Assembly (NCBI GenBank): GCA_047602405.1
Contig: JASGHJ010000002.1
Location: 3,136,001 to 3,200,000 of the forward strand
Length of the DNA stretch: 64,000 nt
Source of the DNA: Anaeromyxobacteraceae bacterium
GTDB lineage: Bacteria; Myxococcota; Myxococcia; Myxococcales; Anaeromyxobacteraceae
Direction: 5' to 3'
Shown: positions 20,697-27,520 of the stretch, one piece after another
Layout: each line of letters begins with the position of its first letter
Numbering within the stretch: position 1 is the stretch's first letter
Notes under the pieces: generated by a model
Databases searched by the model: none
What the model was told of the DNA's origin: nothing
Seen by the model: only the letters and a program-made list of their open reading frames with translations
Translations under genes and position numbers: made by a program

Positions 20697-20827
20697 CGCG
20701 TGGGCTGGCGTCCCCCTTAGTGACGCCGTACCGTAGTCCCCGTGGGTTGGCGTTCCCCTTAGTAACGCCTTGAGATTTCAGGTAGTTAAGGCCGCCTCCG
20801 TCCCATCGACGGGGGCGGCCTCTTTCT
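20697..20827 (+). ncRNA. Candidate ~130-nt small RNA: two 29-nt hairpin repeats plus terminator
   Basis: Repeats 20699-20727 and 20741-20769 with a compensatory C-G to T-A change, bounded by promoter and terminator. Confidence 0.55.
20789..20827 (+). terminator. Intrinsic terminator
   Basis: AGGCCGCCTCCGTC-ccatc-GACGGGGGCGGCCT followed by ctttct. Confidence 0.75.
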
Positions 20828-20884
20828 AGCCCCTGTGACACGCTCGTCTTCCACTGTCAGTCGCGCCTGCTAGGCTGCGGAGCC

Positions 20885-21703
20885 ATGTGGAAGAGGACCC
20901 GCCTTCTGATCTGGGGAAAGACTTACCCGGAGTTCTCGAAGCGGTACTACGAAACGGTCTGCACCGGCGCGATCCACGGCGAGACGGGTCGCCTGATCCG
21001 GATCTACCCAATCACGCTCCGGTACCTCGACGAGCACTTCCGCAGCTACCAGTGGATCGAGGCAGAGATCGAGCGCAACACGAGCGACTTCCGCCCGGAG
21101 AGCTACAAGATCAAGCAGAACACGATCACTCTGGGTGACTTCCTTGATCCTCAGAAGAAGGACGGCTGGAAACGGCGAGCAGAGTGGATTCTCCGGCCCG
21201 GCAACGTCTTCACGTCAATGGAGGCGCTGAGAGAGGCGGAGCGAGCCGACCGCACGTCACTAGGCGTGATCAAGCCCAAGAGCATCAAGGGCTTCTACGC
21301 CCGCACGCGCTCCCCTGAGGACAAGGAGGAGTGGGAGCAGAAGCGCCAGCTAGCCATCACCCAGAAGGACCTCTTCGTGGACACGGAGAGCAAGGTCGGC
21401 GAACTGGAGTTCCGCTGGGTGGACTACCGGGTTGAGTTTCGCTGCGATGACCCGGCGTGTTCAACGCTGCACGACTGCTCGATCCTGGATTGGGGAATCT
21501 ACGTCCTCGATCGGAACCAGGAGAGGAAGAAGGGCAGCTACAAACTCGCGGAGGCGGACGTCCTCGCCAAGCTCCAGGAGATCGCGGATCCGCAGAAGAA
21601 GGACATCCACTTCTTCCTCGGCAACACTAAGGACCACTCGAACAACTTCTCGGTGGTGGGTCTCTTCTACCCGCCGATCGAGAGGCAGGGGCAACTGCTC
21701 TAG
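20885..21703 (+). CDS. Conserved hypothetical protein (KTYP...Y.ETVCTG...RIYPI family, possibly dual OB-fold)
   Basis: Motifs KTYP, ETVCTG, IRIYPI, DFRPESY, CxxxxC...H...DW, FFLGN, GLFYPP; family assignment recalled, not searched. Confidence 0.7.
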   Translation: MWKRTRLLIWGKTYPEFSKRYYETVCTGAIHGETGRLIRIYPITLRYLDEHFRSYQWIEAEIERNTSDFRPESYKIKQNTITLGDFLDPQKKDGWKRRAEWILRPGNVFTSMEALREAERADRTSLGVIKPKSIKGFYARTRSPEDKEEWEQKRQLAITQKDLFVDTESKVGELEFRWVDYRVEFRCDDPACSTLHDCSILDWGIYVLDRNQERKKGSYKLAEADVLAKLQEIADPQKKDIHFFLGNTKDHSNNFSVVGLFYPPIERQGQLL

Positions 21704-22128
21704 AGGTTGTGGATCCTCACGCCCGCGAGCCCGGCCGCGCTTTTGGCCAGGATCGACCGATGGCACTTCGCGGGGTTGGCCTCGGCGCACAGGAGCGCAG
21801 AGCGCTCACCCGCGGCAGCGCCGATCACCGCCTCTGTGATCTCGGGGTGCTCGTCGAGGTGGGCACTGTAGAGGGCGAGGCACCGCTCCAGGTGGTCACC
21901 AGCCTCGTGCCGGAACGGATTCCCGGCTGACCTGATGTGGCGGTACGCGATCCCAGCGCGTCCGAGGGCGGCGCTGAGCGGCGTCTTCGAGAAGCCCTTG
22001 CGGCGGGACAGCGGGAGCTCGCGCACGTCGATCACCTGGGTGACGCTTGCTTCCCGGAGCACACGGACGAAGCCCTGGAGCGTCCGCCCTTCGTAGCCGA
22101 TCGTGAAGAGGACGTCTTTCTGGCTCAC
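21700..22128 (-). CDS. DUF488 family protein
   Basis: FTIGYEG, IDVRELPLSRRKGFSK..L, LLCAE....CHR. Confidence 0.88.
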   Translation of the reverse strand: MSQKDVLFTIGYEGRTLQGFVRVLREASVTQVIDVRELPLSRRKGFSKTPLSAALGRAGIAYRHIRSAGNPFRHEAGDHLERCLALYSAHLDEHPEITEAVIGAAAGERSALLCAEANPAKCHRSILAKSAAGLAGVRIHNL

Positions 22129-22215
22129 GGCGAAGTGTATACGGCTTCACCGCGGCGGGCGCCAGAATCACAGCGCCTCGCACCGGACGATCGAGCCCGC
22201 TATGATCGTCCAGCC

Positions 22216-22494
22216 ATGATGAGCAAGACCTGGACCCTCGTGATCGCTCACACGGCCGAGGTCGGCGTCCGCGTGCTCCTGCTAGAAGCCGCCCTAGCAG
22301 CAGACTTCGGCCGGTGGCTCCGCGCGAGCGGGTGGCATGTCAGGTTCGAGGACACGACCGCGAGGAGCCCCTACGAGCTGCGAAGGACCAAGGACGAAGA
22401 AGACCTCGCCGGTGGACTGGCCTCCGCCTACTCGCAGTGGGCCCGAGTCGCGCGACCCAGCCTCGCGTTGGCGGACCTGGGACGACATGGCTGA
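22216..22494 (+). CDS. Hypothetical protein (~92 aa)
   Basis: ATG after a TATGAT -10-like box; overlaps the next ORF start. Confidence 0.5.
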   Translation: MMSKTWTLVIAHTAEVGVRVLLLEAALAADFGRWLRASGWHVRFEDTTARSPYELRRTKDEEDLAGGLASAYSQWARVARPSLALADLGRHG

Positions 22495-23002
22495 ACCCAA
22501 GCTCCTCAGAGTGGACTCGCTTGACCCGAACGTCGAGCGTGCTCAAGCACGTCGGCGCCGGCAACGCGGTGTTTCCGCCTGGATCGCTCAGTGGGTGACG
22601 CCCGACGTAGCGGACCATCCGCTTGAACTCGCGAATCCATCCGTCCGAAGCGGCGTGGTCCTCGTGGCCTCTTCTCGGGCCGCCGAGGACAAGGTCTGCG
22701 AGAGCGCGAGAGCGATCTACCTAGCCCAGCTTGCCGAACCGTCGTTCATCCTAGAGGTCTATCGACTGGAGCACGCGCCTCGGCCCCGACGTGGGCCCTC
22801 ACCGGTCACTGCGATCTACGCGATGCTCGAAGCCAAGATCGCGGGCGAGCGACGTCGAGCCCCCTTCGTCGGGCGCTTCCGCTTCGGTCGCGATCCTTGC
22901 CTTTACGTGAGGCGGGTCAAGAACCTCCGCGAACGCCAGGACGGCTCGCTCGACTGGGACGAGATCCCAATCCCTCCGGTCCCGGGTGATCCCAGCGAGT
23001 AG
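22487..23002 (+). CDS. Hypothetical protein (~171 aa)
   Basis: Coupled to the upstream ORF; globular composition. Confidence 0.5.
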   Translation: MAEPKLLRVDSLDPNVERAQARRRRQRGVSAWIAQWVTPDVADHPLELANPSVRSGVVLVASSRAAEDKVCESARAIYLAQLAEPSFILEVYRLEHAPRPRRGPSPVTAIYAMLEAKIAGERRRAPFVGRFRFGRDPCLYVRRVKNLRERQDGSLDWDEIPIPPVPGDPSE

Positions 23003-23017
23003 GGCGACGGCGCCTCC

Positions 23018-23317
23018 CTACTCGCTGTGCAGCGCGAGCAGCTTGCTCACCGCCGCCGCGTGCCCGGCGTGGTTCGGGTCGTTGAGGGCGGGGTCCTTGC
23101 GAAGCTCCGCGAGGGCGGCCTTCCGGTCGGCCCGGGGCGGGGGCGGGGCCGCGGAGGCGGCGACGAGGTCCGACTCCCTGGCCGTGAGGTTCACAAGGCG
23201 CTCGGCCTCGGCCGCGCGTTCCTCGGGGAGCATCCCCCGGTCCTCCATCAGGCGCTTGCGGGAGGCCGCGATCTCGGCACGGGCGGAGCGGATGGCTTCG
23301 AGCTGCTCGGGGGTCAT
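23018..23317 (-). CDS. Small protein with scaffold-like C-terminus
   Basis: GGAGGT RBS, ATGA coupling; ends ALAELRKDPALNDPNHAGHAAAVSKLLALH. Confidence 0.7.
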   Translation of the reverse strand: MTPEQLEAIRSARAEIAASRKRLMEDRGMLPEERAAEAERLVNLTARESDLVAASAAPPPPRADRKAALAELRKDPALNDPNHAGHAAAVSKLLALHSE

Positions 23318-23868
23318 GGTGTCACCTCCAGGATGCCTCTGCGGATCTCCTCGCGGATCTCCTGGGCGCGTTTCGTGATCGAAAGGTCCCCGACGTCGCT
23401 CCGCACGCGCTCGAAGTCGAAATCGGACGAGATCGACTCGCCGCCGTGACGGATGGCGAGGAGCAGGGCCGCAGCCTCGCGGAACGCGTCGATCGCCTGA
23501 GGCTTCCGGGCGCGTAGCGCTGCGAGCACGAGGCCCCGCTCCTCCTGGACGATCTCGCCGCTGAGCTGCTCGACCTCCCGGCGGACGTGCCCGAGGGCGT
23601 GGTCGAGCGCGGGCACCTGCTCCCGCAGTTCGGTCTCGTGCTCGAAGGCGCGAGCGAAGGCAGCCTTGGCCGCCTCGGCGCGGGCCTCCGCGTCCGCCGT
23701 GCCCTCCAGGACGGCCGTGACCGCCAGCTCCTTCGAGGCGGCGGAGGTCTCCTGCGTGAGGAGGGCCGCGCGCTCGACCTCTCCGCGCACCCGGTTCAGC
23801 TCCTTCGAGATGCGGTCGTGGACGGCCTGTCGCTCGGCGAGGCGCGTACGCTTCTGTGCGAGTTCCAC
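23314..23868 (-). CDS. Coiled-coil hypothetical protein (184 aa)
   Basis: AAGGAGG RBS; heptad-rich helical sequence. Confidence 0.75.
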   Translation of the reverse strand: MELAQKRTRLAERQAVHDRISKELNRVRGEVERAALLTQETSAASKELAVTAVLEGTADAEARAEAAKAAFARAFEHETELREQVPALDHALGHVRREVEQLSGEIVQEERGLVLAALRARKPQAIDAFREAAALLLAIRHGGESISSDFDFERVRSDVGDLSITKRAQEIREEIRRGILEVTP

Positions 23869-23878
23869 GGGCGCCTCC

Positions 23879-24259
23879 TTACGCGGTGACCGGGTAGTCC
23901 GCCGCGCGGGCGAGGATCGCGGCCTTGCGGCCTTCGAGGGCGGCGTCGGTGAAACTCGCGAGGAACTTGGCCTTGGTCGCGTTCCACGCGGTCGCGGCGT
24001 CCGAGCCGCCCGAGAGCTGCCGCGCGTAGAACGGGGCGATCTCCTCGTTCAGGCGGGAGGTCGAGATCCCGTCCGCCTGCGGCGCCGTCGCGCCCGCAGC
24101 GACGAGGACGCGGAACTTCGCGGAGGCCAGCGCCTCGGGCTGCGAGAACTGCGGGTTCACGCTCGCGAGGGCGGCGGCCCAAGCGGCCTCGGGCGAGTTG
24201 CCGGCGGCGACGGACGCCTTCACTGCCGCCACGAGGTCATCGAACTCCTTGGTCGTCAT
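23879..24259 (-). CDS. Ala-rich helical hypothetical protein (126 aa)
   Basis: AAGGAGG RBS, strongly GC3-biased codons, internal repeat AGNSPEAAW/GGSDAATAW. Confidence 0.75.
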   Translation of the reverse strand: MTTKEFDDLVAAVKASVAAGNSPEAAWAAALASVNPQFSQPEALASAKFRVLVAAGATAPQADGISTSRLNEEIAPFYARQLSGGSDAATAWNATKAKFLASFTDAALEGRKAAILARAADYPVTA

Positions 24260-24279
24260 CGGGTGTTCCTCCTTGGACC

Positions 24280-24612
24280 TCAGCCTCGTTCGTCGCGTGG
24301 TATCGCTTCAACGGGCGGTGACGATCCCAGAGGGCCCCACCGCTGGCGGATGGTCTGGGGGTGCGGGACCTCCTGCGGGAGGTACCCGAGCGCGAGGAGG
24401 CGCCTCCGGGTTGCCAGAGCAGCCTCCCGGGACGAGAAGCCCGAGGCGACGAGGTCCTGGTAGATGGCCGCGCCCACGCGCCTCCGGGCCTCGCGGGCCA
24501 CCGCCGGGCGCGACTCGACGAGCTTCCGCAGCTCGGCCAGTGCGGCGGGCTCGGGGAGCCTGCCGGCAGCGAGGGCCTCCAGGGCGTCGGCGAGGAGCGC
24601 GGCGTCGGTCAC
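24280..24612 (-). CDS. Hypothetical protein, possible HTH
   Basis: GTGA coupling to the upstream ORF; GFSSREAA...PQTIRQRW. Confidence 0.55.
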   Translation of the reverse strand: MTDAALLADALEALAAGRLPEPAALAELRKLVESRPAVAREARRRVGAAIYQDLVASGFSSREAALATRRRLLALGYLPQEVPHPQTIRQRWGPLGSSPPVEAIPRDERG

Positions 24613-24845
24613 GTCCCGCTCGCCTCCCGGAGGAGTTGGCGCCCGAGGAGGTCGAGGAGGTCCCGGTGTGCCGCGATCTCCTCCCTGTGGGCAGTAGGCG
24701 CGAGGCGCACCGCGCGCGAGAGGGCTCGGCAGGCGTCCGCCACGGACGACTCGCACGCGAGGACCCGCTGATCGGGCTCGGGCACCTCGCGGCGCTCGAA
24801 GGGGATCGGCCTGGGACGACCGGAGCCGGCGGGGGTGTTCGCCAC
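24609..24845 (-). CDS. Hypothetical protein (78 aa)
   Basis: GAGG RBS; part of the coupled operon. Confidence 0.55.
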   Translation of the reverse strand: MANTPAGSGRPRPIPFERREVPEPDQRVLACESSVADACRALSRAVRLAPTAHREEIAAHRDLLDLLGRQLLREASGT

Positions 24846-24849
24846 GTCC

Positions 24850-25434
24850 TCACCTCCTCAGCGACCGACGCACGGCCACCGCGTGCTTGCCGCGCTCCTC
24901 GGACTCAAGCCACGCGTCGAGCCTGCGGCGGTCCTCCTCGGGCGTTGGCGGCCGAGTCGGGCGGAGCACGGGGCCCGGCTCGCGCGCGGCTGCCTCGATC
25001 TGTGGGCGCCACGCGGTGAGCATCTCCGGGGGCACGTCGGGCGCGACCACTGCGGCGACCTCGGGCCAGGGCAGGCCACCCCGGAGGAGCGCCGCCGCGT
25101 GCCGCACGTCGGCATCGCGGAGCCCCTGGCGCCCCACCAGCGGCTCCGGGAGCGGTCGCGAGGCCGGCGGGCCTACCTCGGCCGCTCGCCTCCCGACCTC
25201 CCCCCGGTAGCGCTCCACCGCGTCGGGGTGCACGTTATCGGCGACGAGGTCCTCGCGGATCGCTGACCACGGGGTTCCCGCCCGCAGCGCCCTCGCCGCC
25301 TGGACAACCTCCTCCTCCCTGAGGTCATGGCGCCACGGACGCTTCGAGCGCGGCAGCCCGCGCGGAGGGATCTCGATCGTCGGGGTCGAGGGCTTCGTGT
25401 TCGAGTCTCTGAACTTCTGCCGCGGGTCGGTCAA
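24850..25434 (-). CDS. Hypothetical protein with duplicated short helical motif
   Basis: TTGA overlap with TerL stop; AARALRAGTPWSAI and AAALLRGGLPWPEV. Confidence 0.55.
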   Translation of the reverse strand: MTDPRQKFRDSNTKPSTPTIEIPPRGLPRSKRPWRHDLREEEVVQAARALRAGTPWSAIREDLVADNVHPDAVERYRGEVGRRAAEVGPPASRPLPEPLVGRQGLRDADVRHAAALLRGGLPWPEVAAVVAPDVPPEMLTAWRPQIEAAAREPGPVLRPTRPPTPEEDRRRLDAWLESEERGKHAVAVRRSLRR

Positions 25435-26745
25435 AGCGTGCTCCTCGGGTGGAGGCTGCTCCGCACGCTGAGGACGCGCGGCTCGGCCCACGTGCGGCCG
25501 GTGCTCGGGTCGCGGTAGACGGGCGACATGTCGTGATCGGCTAGGCACAGGGCCGCGTAGCGGATCGAGTCCGCCGCGTGCGAGTGGATGTCGTGGAGCG
25601 GGGGGCCGCGCCCGCCGTGGCGCTCGTCGGTATCGCGGCGGTACATCGCGAGGTGATCAATCCCCTCGGCCGTGTACCCCTCGTCGAACACGCAGTGCGG
25701 GAGGAGCGACGCCGCCGCAGCGATCCCCTCCTCGACGCCGCAGCGGGGCGCGACCTCGACGTGGAAGCCGAGGATCTCCAGGGCTTCGAGCCGGGAGCGG
25801 CCCGAGACGAGATCGCGTACCCGGATGTCGTGGGGCGCGTAGACCGTACGGACCCCAAGAATCGCGGAGGGTGCGGCCCACGTCGGCAAGGCCGGTGCCC
25901 ACCCACTCTCGGAAGAGGAGGATCCGGTGCTCCCCGGCGATGCTCTGCCCGACCCACGCGGAGGTGGCGTCTGCGATCCCGAGGTCGAGACTCGCCCACG
26001 CGTCGGCCTCGTCGATCCAGGGCACCGCGGGCAGGATGCGGCCGGCGGCGCGGAGGGCGGTGATGATCGCCCCGTAGATTGAGCCGGGCGGCGCCGCGGA
26101 GAAGTCGCACTCGAACTCCCGCGCGTACGCGTCGGCCGGCATCGTCGCGCGCGCTGCGGCCAGCTCCCCCGCGGGCAGCACGCCCGTCTCGGAGGCTCGG
26201 AAGAGGAAGTGGCTCCAATCCGGGAGGCCGCGGGTGTCCTGGATGAGCCGGTACAATGGATCGCGTCCCTTGGGCGTGCCGATGAAGATCGCCCAGCCCA
26301 GCCGATCGGCGAGGGCGGGGCGGACCACGCTCGCGAACACGCTGTCCTCCATGAGGGCGTACTCGTCGAGCACCACCCCGTCGAGCCCGACGCCGCGGAG
26401 GCTGTCCGCGCCGTCGAGTGCGCCCGCGAGGAAGACGGCCGAGCCGTTCGGGAACACGACGCGAAGCTCCTGCTCGAACACCTGGACGCCGGGGACCGGC
26501 CGGACGTGGTCCTTGAGGCGCTGCCACGCGACGACCTTGGCCTGCGTACGGGTCGGGCCGACGTAGGCGCAGAGAGCGCCCGCCTTCCGCAGGGCGGTGT
26601 CGGCCAGCTCCGCGATCGCGGCCTCCGTCTTGCCGCCGCGACGGTGGACGACCGCGACCGTGAACCGGCGCCGCTCGCGGTGGACGCGCTCCTGCCAGGG
26701 CCGCGGGACGTAGCTGAGGCGGACCTCACGAGTGAACGGTTTCAT
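25431..26745 (-). CDS. terL: Terminase large subunit (+1 frameshift at 25859-25863, probably artefact)
   Basis: YVPRPWQ, HRRGGKT Walker A, PTRTQAK, LRG...VVLDEY, IGTPKG, REFECDF, LDLGIAD, HDIHSHAADSIRY. Confidence 0.92.
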
Positions 26746-27491
26746 CCGTAGAGGACCTCTTCGAGGGTGAGACTTCCTTCTTCTGAAAGTGCTCGGCCTG
26801 CGATCTCGGCTGCTTGGGCTTCGCGGGGTGACCGCGGGGAATCGACCGGGGTGACATTGACCGCGGCGAGGGCGGGAAGCGGATCACGCGACGGGACCCC
26901 CGTGTTCACCACGAGCACCTGCACGGCGCCGGGGCCGATCACCACCTGCGTGTCCTGGTAGAGGTTCGCGAGCTTGTTGACGAGGTCCTCCGCTCGCAGC
27001 GCGGCGTTGCGATCGCCCTCCTCTTCGGCTTCGCGCCCGAGTCGTTGGATGCGAGCGATCTGGCCCTCACGCGTCACCTGGGCAGCGCGCCGCGCACGCT
27101 CGCGGAGGAGCGCGACAAGCTCGACCACCTCGGGCCGTCTGAGGACCATCCACGGCGCCCCGCCACGAGGGGACAGCCCGGCTGCGCGCGCGGCTGCCGG
27201 CAGCGAGGCTCCGCCCGCGTGCTCCTCCGCGAGCCGCGTCGCCTTGGCCGTGCACCTCGCCCGTGCGTCCGCGATGCGCTCCTCAAGCGCGTCCGCGTCG
27301 AGCTGCTCGACCGGGAGGGTCGTCCCCTCACCTTCCCTCAGCCCACTGCCGGCCGGTGGTGGGGATGGTGGGGTTTCGGGCCCACTCGCCAACCGCTCAC
27401 CTACCTCGACACTCTCATTTCTCTCCGCCACCGTCGTCTCCCTCTCCGCCCGAAATGTTGAAGGTGAATTTCCTTCCGCGTTGGCAACCAC
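26742..27491 (-). CDS. terS: Probable terminase small subunit (true start probably downstream of the ORF start)
   Basis: Directly upstream of and coupled to TerL; HTH-like AARAAGLS, then LRRPEV...VTRE..IARI...AEEEGDRNAALRA..L.K...LY. Confidence 0.7.
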   Translation of the reverse strand: MVANAEGNSPSTFRAERETTVAERNESVEVGERLASGPETPPSPPPAGSGLREGEGTTLPVEQLDADALEERIADARARCTAKATRLAEEHAGGASLPAAARAAGLSPRGGAPWMVLRRPEVVELVALLRERARRAAQVTREGQIARIQRLGREAEEEGDRNAALRAEDLVNKLANLYQDTQVVIGPGAVQVLVVNTGVPSRDPLPALAAVNVTPVDSPRSPREAQAAEIAGRALSEEGSLTLEEVLYG

Positions 27492-27520
27492 CCCTAAGAC
27501 TCCACCATCCCCACCACCGG
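27353..27520. repeat. 19-bp perfect inverted repeat, candidate replication origin
   Basis: ccggtggtggggatggtgg (27353-27371) / ccaccatccccaccaccgg (27502-27520) around an AT-richer spacer at the end of the primase-helicase gene. Confidence 0.6.

Noticed and set aside
20699..20769. CRISPR mini-array
   Set aside because: Two repeats with a 13-nt spacer, far too short, and no cas genes in the window
20467..20841. Minus-strand 124-aa ORF with a 14-aa repeat
   Set aside because: Overlaps the ATPase antisense and crosses the promoter and terminator; the compensatory base change favours an RNA structure, though not fully excluded
19487..22128. Retron system (ATPase plus ncRNA)
   Set aside because: No reverse transcriptase in the element or window
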